A stretch of DNA of 34,595 nt from an uncultured Methanosarcinales archaeon (GTDB lineage: Archaea; Nanobdellota; Nanobdellia; Woesearchaeales; UBA12501), in NCBI GenBank assembly GCA_964397315.1, contig CAYNHV010000013.1, positions 1 to 34,595 of the forward strand, in the 5' to 3' direction. The first letter of the stretch is position 1. Each line of letters opens with the position of its first letter. A program made the translations under genes and the position numbers. This document shows positions 18,419 to 27,509 of this stretch, piece after piece. Under the pieces are notes generated by a model that was given only the letters and a program-made list of their open reading frames with translations, was not told the origin of the DNA and made no database searches.

Positions 18419-18724
18419 TTGTATGGGGGGATTATAGGCTCTAAGTTGAGGGAGGACGGCAAAGTCCAGTTTGAAGTGTGTGTTGATTATGAGGAAGCTG
18501 TACAGCTGAGGGGGCATATGGATAATATCCATATCTTTTCAGAGGAGGTGGCTGATGTCAAAACAAACATGTCCCAAAGGGGAAAGGACGGAGCGACAAA
18601 GTATTTTCTTGTGCCCAAAGAGCTCAGAAAGAACCTGAAATTCAACAGCGAGGTCCTGTGCAATAGGATTGATACAAAATCAAAAGTCATTTTTATCTAT
18701 ATAATAGATAAATTCAGGATGTGA
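18419..18724 (+). CDS. Conserved-looking hypothetical protein, possibly AbrB/SpoVT-like; start codon problematic
   Basis: TKYFLVPKELRK resembles a swapped-hairpin motif. The in-frame start is TTG 18419, but the promoter-positioned ATG at 18423 is out of frame across a G6 run. Confidence 0.6.
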   Translation: MYGGIIGSKLREDGKVQFEVCVDYEEAVQLRGHMDNIHIFSEEVADVKTNMSQRGKDGATKYFLVPKELRKNLKFNSEVLCNRIDTKSKVIFIYIIDKFRM

Positions 18725-18731
18725 TGCAGAA

Positions 18732-19433
18732 GTGGAAAGAATAAAAACAGGAATAGAAGGGTTTGATGCGCTTGTGGAGGGAGGCATTCCATTAGGGTCA
18801 GTGATACTGCTTAGTGGAACTCCTGGAACAGGGAAAACAATATTCGGGCTGGAGTTCCTTTATAAAGGAGCGAATGAATCCGGTGAAAAATGCCTTTATG
18901 TTACATTTGAGGAAAAGGAGGGGGAACTAAAGGGTCAGGCATCCCAGTTCGGATGGAATCTTGACAAGCTTAGGGAGAGCGGCAATTTTCAGATATTAAG
19001 CATTCCTGCCAGCAGCATAAGCAAGACAACAGTAAACAACATAACCTCCATAGTGGAGAGAGAGGGGATAAAAAGGGTGGTTGTTGACTCTCTTTCAACA
19101 CTCTCCATAAACACCCCTTCTGTGAGCCCTACGGCAGAAGATACAGGAAACTTTGCTGTCAGAAGGTTTATTTATCTATTCATAGACAAACTAAAGCAGC
19201 TGAAAGGCACAACATCTATACTTGTCTCCTCAACCCCTGATGAAAGAAGCCTCTCAAGCGATTCTGTCTCTGAGTTTATATGCGACGGAATAATATATCT
19301 CACATACGAATCAATGGGGGGAGCCCACTCCAGAAATCTTCATGTGAGGAAGATGAGGAGGACAAAAAATGATGAAGACATCCACCCTCTTGAGATAAGC
19401 AGCAAAGGAATTGTCGTTCATGATCTGGAATGA
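18732..19433 (+). CDS. KaiC-like / RAD55-family single-domain ATPase
   Basis: RIKTGIEGFD..GGIP, Walker A GTPGTGKT, TFEE, Walker B VVVDSLS, VRKMR. Confidence 0.93.
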   Translation: MERIKTGIEGFDALVEGGIPLGSVILLSGTPGTGKTIFGLEFLYKGANESGEKCLYVTFEEKEGELKGQASQFGWNLDKLRESGNFQILSIPASSISKTTVNNITSIVEREGIKRVVVDSLSTLSINTPSVSPTAEDTGNFAVRRFIYLFIDKLKQLKGTTSILVSSTPDERSLSSDSVSEFICDGIIYLTYESMGGAHSRNLHVRKMRRTKNDEDIHPLEISSKGIVVHDLE

Positions 19434-20116
19434 ATCTTACGGAGGTCGTCATGACGTTTACTTCACAATCAAAGATGTTGCAGAGGGTTTTGGGCTTCAG
19501 AGCCCTGGAACACAGGGAGGGCAAGCTCTTTTTGTGGAATACTCTTGCTACACTGTGGTCTCTGCCGGTTCTGTCATATTTCTGGAAGCTGTTGGAACAT
19601 CAATGTGGGGAAAAGACCTCCTGCGAGATACTTTACAACACCGGGAGATTTCAGGCGTTGCAGGGAATGGGGCGCATAAACAAGAGATTCGGTTACGCCA
19701 AAAAAATCCACAGCAAAAAAAAGCTTGTGGAGTTTAATCTTGAGCACAGTGAGCTGCTTGGTTTGGGACGTTTTAACCTGATAATATCAGATTTTAAAAA
19801 GGAGCGCTTTGTTATTGCGGGAAGATCCTCCTTTGCAGAGGAAAGGAAGAGGCTTTTTGGAATTCAGAAAAAAGCCTGTGACCATTATCTTAGGGGGTGC
19901 GGGACAGGGATTTTTGAATACACTCTTGGAAAGAAAATGTTTTGCCTGGAGAAAAGATGTGTTGTGATGAATCACAAGAGATGCGAGTTTGTCATAAAGC
20001 CGGAAGAGCGCTGGGACAAAAAAGATCCTCTTGTGAGGGAACAGTGGGTCTCCTGGCTGGCAGATCCTGGTGAATTGGGTTTTAAAAAAGTAAACACAAC
20101 AGCGCCTCATAAATAA
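19430..20116 (+). CDS. V4R-domain protein
   Basis: GLGRF, CDHYLRG..TG, EKRCVVMNHKRCEFVIKP V4R Cys/Glu pattern; ATGA overlap with the KaiC-like gene. Confidence 0.8.
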   Translation: MNLTEVVMTFTSQSKMLQRVLGFRALEHREGKLFLWNTLATLWSLPVLSYFWKLLEHQCGEKTSCEILYNTGRFQALQGMGRINKRFGYAKKIHSKKKLVEFNLEHSELLGLGRFNLIISDFKKERFVIAGRSSFAEERKRLFGIQKKACDHYLRGCGTGIFEYTLGKKMFCLEKRCVVMNHKRCEFVIKPEERWDKKDPLVREQWVSWLADPGELGFKKVNTTAPHK

Positions 20117-20176
20117 AGCATTGATAAATTCTCTCTATGATCAGTTATCATTAGTTACCCTTTTTCTTTTGATGTA

Positions 20177-21184
20177 TTATATCACATACATATGCTCATT
20201 TTCACCCTCATACTGGAGGGAGGGGGGCCTGATCTGGTTTTCAGGAATCCTGGCTTCTTCTTTTAACTGCTCAATGATCCTGCCTACTTCCTCATCAACA
20301 GTCTTTGTGTTTTCAAAACAGCGCGCCAGCTTTACTGCGTCATACCTCTTCTCTTTTCCATACCACCCAGGAAGGAATGCGCACACTTCAAACCCAAGTC
20401 TGCGGAAAAATCTCGCGCCCTCTGTATTGGATGTCGGAAGGTTTACCTCAAGATATCTGGCATTATAACATACTGATTCAGGAGGGGGGCGCATCAATAC
20501 AGCATTGTCCCCTTTCCTGTATGTGCAGTCTATTGTTATTCTTTGTCCCGGAATATTCTCTTTTTTCTCTTTTGTTCTACTCCCTCCATATCCTAAACCA
20601 GAGGGATAATCATCCTCACATGAATTGTCCAGCTCCATCTCTCCTATGATGCGTTTGGTAAGGGGAAGATTATATATAACATTCCCCCTGCTGCCTGAAG
20701 GAGAAACTCTTTTTGATTTCGCCTTTTCTGTGAGCATCAGCGCTATTAAGTGTAATTCACTAAAGTCAACAAAATGCGCACCAGGCAGATATCCTACAGT
20801 ATGCATGCCCAGCCCTTCACACGCGGTTTTTACTTGGATTCTTCTTGGAGATCCCCAGATAATGTCATATTCTCTTCCTATGGCCTTCTGGAAGAATATC
20901 AGTGAGCCTTTGGTTGCCAGGTGCTGCCCCCTGTAATTTTCATCAAGCACGCCCCCTCCAAACTCAATGCTGTTATTATCATTATCCGCCATCCCTAGTG
21001 TGGAGCCCACCACTTTTCCGCCATCCACTGCAATAACCCACAGGGGATATTCCTCTTTTATAATTTTTTCAATTGACTCAGGATTAGTGAGCTCACTAAG
21101 GGGATATTTTCCCATGTAAACCCTGTCATAGAGATCAGCTATTTCAGGGGCATAATCCGGCTTTGCATCTACAAACTCAACTAT
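20177..21184 (-). CDS. Tandem GNAT-fold acetyltransferase-like protein
   Basis: VAVDGGKVVG-like strand, ENYRGQHLA motif A, LGMHTVGYLPG and LGFEVCAFLPGW. The frame stays open and GNAT-like upstream of ATG 21115 to about ATA 21184. Confidence 0.72.
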   Translation of the reverse strand: MVEFVDAKPDYAPEIADLYDRVYMGKYPLSELTNPESIEKIIKEEYPLWVIAVDGGKVVGSTLGMADNDNNSIEFGGGVLDENYRGQHLATKGSLIFFQKAIGREYDIIWGSPRRIQVKTACEGLGMHTVGYLPGAHFVDFSELHLIALMLTEKAKSKRVSPSGSRGNVIYNLPLTKRIIGEMELDNSCEDDYPSGLGYGGSRTKEKKENIPGQRITIDCTYRKGDNAVLMRPPPESVCYNARYLEVNLPTSNTEGARFFRRLGFEVCAFLPGWYGKEKRYDAVKLARCFENTKTVDEEVGRIIEQLKEEARIPENQIRPPSLQYEGENEHMYVI

Positions 21185-21514
21185 CCTCCCACCTCTTTTT
21201 TTACCTCCTATTAGGGGTTAACTTTGCCTGTTTATTTATAGTTTACCTAAAAAATTTATCCAACAATAGAGAAATTGCGTAAAAAATAAAACTAATAATC
21301 TAAAAATAGATTAATTATTATATTAAATATCGCTTATTCTTTTATCCCTGAAAGGCCCGCCCACCATATGTTCAAAAAGATGGCCTCAAAAGGATATCAT
21401 TTTTTACCTCCTCAGGGCTCCTTCTTCTTAAAAGCTTGCTTTTTCCCAAAAAACCAGTTTTTTATCCCGCCTCTGGCGTGAGTTTTATTTAACTGACACA
21501 TAACCAGCCTTCAG

Positions 21515-22300
21515 ATGGGCAGCACAAGTTCCTCCAGTCCGCTTGCACTTTCTTCCCTCATGGAGATGGGTATGAGCAGGTATGAGGCCAGGGCGTATCT
21601 CGCTCTTATGACCAGGGGGAGCTGCACTGCAAAAGAAGTGGCTACAGTAACAGGAATCCCCTACGGCAAGGTTTATGAGATAATAAACTCCCTCTCCTCA
21701 AAAGGATTCACTGCACTGCATCCCACAAGACCTGTAAGATGCCGCGCAGTGCCCCCCAGGGAAGCATTTTTGAGCGTGAGAGCGCAGACAAAAAGAAGAC
21801 TGAAAAACATGGAAAGGGCAGTGTCACAAGAGCTGGAACCCCTGTTTTCAAGTAAAAAGAACAATCCAGGCGCCGAATCCTCCATTCTTGTTCTTAACGG
21901 AAGAGAGATTGTGGACAAGAAAATAAACTCCCTGATAATCATCGCAAGAAGATACTTGAACATTCTTATTTCTGAAAGGGGAATCAAAAAACTTTATGCT
22001 CATAAAAAAGATTTGCAGGATGCTGCCAATAGAGGTGTAAAGGTATCTGTCTTCATTTCCTCTTCTAAGAAAAGCTTGGAAGAACCAGCCCTTCCTGGAT
22101 TCTGCAAGATCATCAGGGTTGACGAGGATATTCAGAGCTACGCATTCTCTAATGAGAATCAGACCCTGTTGTTGGACCCATTAGAATCAGAGAAAGAAAC
22201 ATATGCAAGAAATACAGGGCTGTTAATGACAAACACCCCTCTGACAAGGTTTGTTGAAAGCGTGTTTTCACATTACTCCAAAAACCCAAAATGCCTTTGA
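21515..22300 (+). CDS. TrmB-family transcriptional regulator
   Basis: GMSRYEARAYLAL...TAKEVA..TGIPYGKVYEIINSL..KG wHTH followed by a PLD-like effector domain (RGVKV). Confidence 0.92.
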   Translation: MGSTSSSSPLALSSLMEMGMSRYEARAYLALMTRGSCTAKEVATVTGIPYGKVYEIINSLSSKGFTALHPTRPVRCRAVPPREAFLSVRAQTKRRLKNMERAVSQELEPLFSSKKNNPGAESSILVLNGREIVDKKINSLIIIARRYLNILISERGIKKLYAHKKDLQDAANRGVKVSVFISSSKKSLEEPALPGFCKIIRVDEDIQSYAFSNENQTLLLDPLESEKETYARNTGLLMTNTPLTRFVESVFSHYSKNPKCL

Positions 22301-22355
22301 TAATGAGAATTAAACAGCTGTATGACTAAAAGAATCTCCCCGTTACATAATAACA

Positions 22356-22787
22356 ATGCAAAGCAGTAATGCAAAGAAGGGGCATTTTATGCGGCATAAG
22401 AGCCCAAAAAATAGTTGTAAAAAGATACTAGTGGTTGACGACGAGCCTTATGTAGCAGAAGGAGTGAAAAAACTGCTTAAAAAAGAAGGCTACAAAGTGG
22501 CCACAGCCCATAATGCTGATCAATGCATAAAAAAAATAAAAGAGGAGAATTATAATCTTGTGATAACAGACGTGCTGATGCCTGGAACCTCAGGAATCCA
22601 GTTGTGTGAAAAGATAAGAAAGGAAAAAGGATTTAGTGCGCCAAAGCTTATACTGCTCACTGTTGTCATGCTCTCTGAAAATACAAGAAAAAAACTTACT
22701 AAGATGAAGGTATCTGATTACATAAAAAAGCCTTTTAGCAATGAGGACCTTCTCTGGAGAGTCAATAAAGCTGTGAGTGAATCCTGA
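22356..22787 (+). CDS. Stand-alone response regulator receiver protein
   Basis: ILVVDDE, ITDVLMPGTSG, LLT, YIKKPF; alternative start ATG 22389. Confidence 0.9.
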   Translation: MQSSNAKKGHFMRHKSPKNSCKKILVVDDEPYVAEGVKKLLKKEGYKVATAHNADQCIKKIKEENYNLVITDVLMPGTSGIQLCEKIRKEKGFSAPKLILLTVVMLSENTRKKLTKMKVSDYIKKPFSNEDLLWRVNKAVSES

Positions 22788-22921
22788 CTTTTTAAATATT
22801 ATTGATAACTGCTCCGCGCTAATCACAACCCTTATAAATGACCTTTTAATCTTTATTCTCAGGGCACAAGCCCTTAAAATAACAGCGAACAACAGCATGT
22901 CCTGAAGGAGGGTGTAATTTC

Positions 22922-23170
22922 TTGGTAAAGTATAAGGATAAGCCGGACAGTGAAGGTCACGTTGTTAAATATAGCATTACCCTTTCTTCAAACTCAAAAA
23001 TAGGTGTTAAGGGAGTTTCCTCTTTACTTTCCAAATTAAATATTAACTCAAAAATAGGTTGTTATAAAAAAGGCCATTATTCTTTAACAATAACCCATAA
23101 AGATAATCTTACTAAATTCAAGAAGTTGGTGGGATTTTCAATAAAGAGGAAAGCAGAGAGATTAAAATGA
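22922..23170 (+). pseudogene. 5'-truncated LAGLIDADG homing endonuclease fragment
   Basis: DSEGHV...ITLSSNS...LLSKLNINS...YSLTI...FKKLVGFSIKRKAERL matches the second LAGLIDADG domain. The motif helix before DSEG is missing. Confidence 0.75.
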
Positions 23171-25752
23171 TAAAATTTAAAGAAAAACAAGACAAAGAGG
23201 AACAGATTTTTGATATTTTACACCCTTTTGTTGGAAATTGGTTTAAATCTAAATTTAATACTTTTACAGATGCCCAGTTATATTCAGTTTTGGAGATTCA
23301 TTCAAGAAAAAACATCCTTATCTCAGCTCCTACTGGCAGTGGAAAGACGCTGACTGCATTTCTTTCTATTCTGAACGAATTAGTGGATTCTGCTGATAAG
23401 GGGTTACTCAAAAATAAAATTTATGCAGTCTATGTGTCTCCTCTGAAAGCTTTAAATCGAGATATCTCAGTCAATCTTACACAGCCACTGAAAGAGATAG
23501 AGGAGATTGCAGGAAAAGAGCTTGGCATAAGGGTTGGAGTCAGGACAGGCGATACAACAGCTTCTGAGAAATCCAAGATGCTGAAGAAACCCCCCCACAT
23601 CCTCATAACTACTCCAGAGAGCCTGTCCATAGTGCTCTCATCCACCAAGTTTGTTGACCATCTCAGGAATGTGGACTGGGCTGTTGTTGATGAGATACAC
23701 GCGCTTGCAGAGAACAAGAGAGGAGTGCATCTTTCCCTGAGCCTGGAAAGGCTCCAGTACATGAGCAGGCATACAGCAAGAATCGGCCTGAGCGCCACAA
23801 TAGCGCCGATTGAGGAAATAGCGAAGTTCCTTGCAGGCTATGAGAACGGCGGTGAGAGGGACTGTCTCGTAATAGACGTGAATTTCATGAAGGGCATGGA
23901 CCTCAAGGCAATGAGCCCTGTTTCAGACCTCATAGATACAGAGCACGGCGCAATGCATCATGAAATGTATGCCTTGATGGACAGGCTGATACAGGAGCAC
24001 AAGACAACGCTGATATTCACGAACACCAGGGCTGCGACAGAGAGGGTAGTGCACCACCTCAAGGAAAAATTCCCAAAGAACTACACTGAGAACATAGGCG
24101 CCCACCACGGCAGCCTGAGCAAGGAGATGAGGTTTGACATTGAGGAAAGGCTGAGGAAGGGAGAGCTCAAGGCGGTTGTGTCAAGCACGTCTCTTGAGCT
24201 AGGCATAGACATAGGATTTATTGATCTTGTTATACTCCTTGGAAGCCCTAAGAGTGTTGCAAGAGCCCTCCAGAGGATAGGCAGGTCAGGACACCGGATA
24301 CACGAGACAACAAAAGGCAGGATAATAGTGCTGGACAGGGACGACCTTGTTGAGTGCTCTGTCCTTCTGAAGTCAGCAATAGAGCGTAGGATAGACAGGG
24401 TGCACATACCCACCAACTGCCTTGATGTCCTGACCCAGCACGTGCACGGCATTGCGCTGAGCCAGAAGAGCTCCACAAAGGACCTCATGTCAATTATAAA
24501 GAGATCCTACTGCTACAGGGACATAAAGAGGAAGGATGTCATGGATGTTGTTGAATACCTTGCCGGAAGGTTTGTCTCGCTTGAGGACAGGAACATATAC
24601 GCAAAGATATGGTATGATGAGGAGTCAGGCATGGTGGGAAAGAAGGGCAGGATGAGCAGGGTTATACACATGACAAACATAGGCACCATACCCGACGAGA
24701 CTTCTGTAAAGGTAAAGATAGGCGACAGGGTGATAGGGACTCTTGAAGAGGCATTCCTTGAGAAGCTCAGGAGAGGGGACGTGTTTGTCCTTGGAGGAAG
24801 CGTGTATGAATTCCTCTACAGCAGGGGCATGACTGCCCAGGTGAGGGCATCCCCTGACAGGCCCCCCACAGTTCCCTCCTGGTTCTCTGAGATGCTGCCC
24901 CTCAGCTTTGACCTTGCGATGGAGATAGGGAGGTTCAGGAGGCTCATGGAAGAGAGAATAAGCTCTGGAAAGAGCAGGGAGGAGGTTCTTGAATTCATAA
25001 ATTCCTTCCTTTATGTTGACATGAAAGGCGCAAACGCGATATACACCTACTTCAGGGAGCAGTATGATTACGCTGGCCGGATTCCCCATGACAGGAAGAT
25101 ACTCATAGAGCACTACACTGACGAGAATAACAGGAAATATGCTGTTTTCCACACCATCTTCGGAAGGAGAGTGAATGACTGCCTGAGCAGGGCGGTTGCG
25201 TTTGCAATAAGCAGGACGCAGCACCGGGATGTTGATATTGGAGTAAGTGACAACGGCTTTTACATAGGCTCTTCAAAGCACATAAAAGTGGCCTCTGCTT
25301 TCAGGCTGCTGAAGCCAAAGGAGTTTGACAGGGTGATGAAGAATGCCATTGAGAAGACTGAAGTGCTCAAGAGAAGGTTCAGGCACTGCGCAGGAAGAGC
25401 TTTGATGATACTCAGGACCTACGCAGGAAGGAAAAAGAGGGTGGGAAGGCAGCAGGTCAACTCCATGATACTCATGAATGCAGTAAGGAGAATAGACCCT
25501 GACTTCTTCATACTGAAGGAGGCGAGAAGGGAGGTGCTTGAGGACCTGATGGACATAGACAGCGCGAGAAGGATCCTCACCAGAATATCCAACAGGGACA
25601 CGATTGAGGAGATAACAACAACAATACCCTCCCCTTTTGCTTTCAATCTTGTGCTGCAGGGAAGGGCTGACATGATGAGAATGGAGGACAAGACAGAGTT
25701 CCTCAGGAGGATGCACAAGATGGTGCAGGCAAAGATAGGTCTGAATAAATGA
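23167..25752 (+). CDS. lhr: Lhr-family SF2 ATP-dependent helicase (Lhr-core type)
   Basis: APTGSGKT, YVSPLKAL, TTPESL, DEIH, GLSAT, HHGSLS, SLELGIDIG, QRIGRSGH, IGTIPD, PSWFSE, PSPFA. Confidence 0.95.
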   Translation: MIKFKEKQDKEEQIFDILHPFVGNWFKSKFNTFTDAQLYSVLEIHSRKNILISAPTGSGKTLTAFLSILNELVDSADKGLLKNKIYAVYVSPLKALNRDISVNLTQPLKEIEEIAGKELGIRVGVRTGDTTASEKSKMLKKPPHILITTPESLSIVLSSTKFVDHLRNVDWAVVDEIHALAENKRGVHLSLSLERLQYMSRHTARIGLSATIAPIEEIAKFLAGYENGGERDCLVIDVNFMKGMDLKAMSPVSDLIDTEHGAMHHEMYALMDRLIQEHKTTLIFTNTRAATERVVHHLKEKFPKNYTENIGAHHGSLSKEMRFDIEERLRKGELKAVVSSTSLELGIDIGFIDLVILLGSPKSVARALQRIGRSGHRIHETTKGRIIVLDRDDLVECSVLLKSAIERRIDRVHIPTNCLDVLTQHVHGIALSQKSSTKDLMSIIKRSYCYRDIKRKDVMDVVEYLAGRFVSLEDRNIYAKIWYDEESGMVGKKGRMSRVIHMTNIGTIPDETSVKVKIGDRVIGTLEEAFLEKLRRGDVFVLGGSVYEFLYSRGMTAQVRASPDRPPTVPSWFSEMLPLSFDLAMEIGRFRRLMEERISSGKSREEVLEFINSFLYVDMKGANAIYTYFREQYDYAGRIPHDRKILIEHYTDENNRKYAVFHTIFGRRVNDCLSRAVAFAISRTQHRDVDIGVSDNGFYIGSSKHIKVASAFRLLKPKEFDRVMKNAIEKTEVLKRRFRHCAGRALMILRTYAGRKKRVGRQQVNSMILMNAVRRIDPDFFILKEARREVLEDLMDIDSARRILTRISNRDTIEEITTTIPSPFAFNLVLQGRADMMRMEDKTEFLRRMHKMVQAKIGLNK

Positions 25753-25796
25753 CAAGATTTTTATACATTTCTGGAATAATTTAATAGGGGGGCATA

Positions 25797-26837
25797 TTGG
25801 AAAGAAAAAAGACAAGGGCTGTCCGGATAGACAATTTGAATATTGGGGGCAATAACAAAATAGCTGTGCAGTCAATGTGTAACACACGCACTAAGGATAT
25901 TAATGCAACTGTCAAGCAGATACTTGAATTAGAGAAAGCTGGCTGTGACATTGTGAGGGTTGCTGTTCCTGACAAAGAATCTGTTTCTGCCCTCCCAAAG
26001 ATAAGAAGGAGAATAAGCATGCCTCTTGTTGCAGATATACATTTTGATTACAGGCTTGCAATTGAATCAGCAAGATTTGCGGATAAGATAAGAATCAACC
26101 CAGGGAATATAGGGGGCAAGGAAAAATTCAAAGATGTTCTGAAGGCTGCAAAAGAAAACTCTATTGCAGTGAGGATAGGCATCAACAGCGGATCGCTTGA
26201 GAAAGATATTGAAAAAAAATATGGAAGGACCGCCAAGGCGGTTGTAGAATCTGCCTCAAATGCATTAAAAATTGCGGAGAATTTTGGATTTGAGAACATA
26301 GTTGTTTCTCTTAAATCATCAGATGTGAAGAGCACAATAGATGCTTATAGGGTGTTCTCAGAGAGATTTGATTATCCGCTCCATGTTGGTGTGACAGAAG
26401 CAGGGCCTCTTCCAATCGGCGCTGTAAAGTCTTCTATTGGCATTGGAACCTTGCTTGCAGAAGGCATTGGTGATACAATAAGGGTCTCCCTGACTGAAAA
26501 CCCTGTTGAAGAGGTGAATGCTGCAAAAGAAATATTGAAAAGCCTTCGGTTGATGAAAGGAAGAGTATTTGTTTCCTGCCCAACATGCGGAAGAACCAAC
26601 CCAAAAGTCATTAGGATAGCAAAAGAGATTGAGAGAAAAACAAGGGGAATTGAAAAAGAGATCAAGATAGCTGTGATGGGTTGTGAGGTGAACGGCCCAG
26701 GAGAGGCAAAGGATGCTGATATTGGCATTGCCTTTTCAAAGGACAGGGTGTTTTTGTTCAAGAAAGGGAATGTAATAAAGGTTGTTGATGAAAAAGATGC
26801 TGTTTCTGCTGTTATGGAGGAGACCGGGAATATTTAA
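25797..26837 (+). CDS. ispG: (E)-4-hydroxy-3-methylbut-2-enyl-diphosphate synthase
   Basis: VQSM, PLVADIHFD, RINPGNIG, RIGINSGSL, YPLHVGVTEAG, GIGDTIRVSLT, SCPTCGR, VMGCEVNGPGE; TTG start. Confidence 0.97.
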   Translation: MERKKTRAVRIDNLNIGGNNKIAVQSMCNTRTKDINATVKQILELEKAGCDIVRVAVPDKESVSALPKIRRRISMPLVADIHFDYRLAIESARFADKIRINPGNIGGKEKFKDVLKAAKENSIAVRIGINSGSLEKDIEKKYGRTAKAVVESASNALKIAENFGFENIVVSLKSSDVKSTIDAYRVFSERFDYPLHVGVTEAGPLPIGAVKSSIGIGTLLAEGIGDTIRVSLTENPVEEVNAAKEILKSLRLMKGRVFVSCPTCGRTNPKVIRIAKEIERKTRGIEKEIKIAVMGCEVNGPGEAKDADIGIAFSKDRVFLFKKGNVIKVVDEKDAVSAVMEETGNI

Positions 26838-27400
26838 GATTTGTCCCAGATTGAAAATACACTGTTATGCTCATATACCTCTTCTCCACCGCAGATGACA
26901 GAGGTTATGTATTGCTCAATGGATTTCAGAGCAAGATGCTTTGATATTTTCCCTGCTTCGTCATATTTATCATAGCAAAAAGGCGAACCGGAATGTATGA
27001 ATGCCCCTCCTTGCTTTAGAAAATGGAGGATCTGTTTTATGCTTGATTCATCAGTAAATCCATTTGGAGGGAAAAGCGCCATTACAATATCAAAAGGCTC
27101 TTCAAAAGGGAGGCCCCCCCTGTAATCTGCAAAAACATCTGGTTTTGAGGGGTATCTGCCAGTCCCATAACATTCACCAGTATCCACCCCCCTATATTTT
27201 GCCTTGAATTCTGGTCTCCTGAGTATCCTTCTTGGAAAGGCTTCTCCACACCCTAAATCAAGCACTGTTCTATTAGCAAATAATCCTTGATATTCATAGA
27301 AAAAAGGCTCTATCTCTGATATCATAATAATCTCATGGTGTCTCTTGCTGCCTTCCATTACCTTTTTCTCAAGCCTTACCTCGGTTTCTATTATTTTCAT
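26834..27400 (-). CDS. Class I SAM-dependent methyltransferase
   Basis: VLDLGCG motif I, LPFEEPFDIV, LKQGG. Confidence 0.8.
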   Translation of the reverse strand: MKIIETEVRLEKKVMEGSKRHHEIIMISEIEPFFYEYQGLFANRTVLDLGCGEAFPRRILRRPEFKAKYRGVDTGECYGTGRYPSKPDVFADYRGGLPFEEPFDIVMALFPPNGFTDESSIKQILHFLKQGGAFIHSGSPFCYDKYDEAGKISKHLALKSIEQYITSVICGGEEVYEHNSVFSIWDKS

Positions 27401-27509
27401 ACAGGCGGGCGCATATACTAAATATATAAACTTTACTATTTTTTAGTGATTAATTAAGATTAGGAAAAATTTTATATCAGCTAGAAAACATCTGGAAATA
27501 AAGAGTAAA

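Noticed and set aside
18732..19433. Circadian clock KaiC
   Set aside because: Single domain, no kaiA or kaiB, and the phosphosite region reads SEF; it fits the general archaeal KaiC-like family.
22590..22898. 102-aa minus-strand ORF
   Set aside because: Two-thirds overlaps the response regulator antisense; no motif or clear initiation signal.
22922..25752. Intein in Lhr suggested by the adjacent LAGLIDADG sequence
   Set aside because: The endonuclease fragment is outside the lhr frame, no splicing motifs (N-terminal Cys, C-terminal His-Asn) are present, and the helicase motifs are contiguous.
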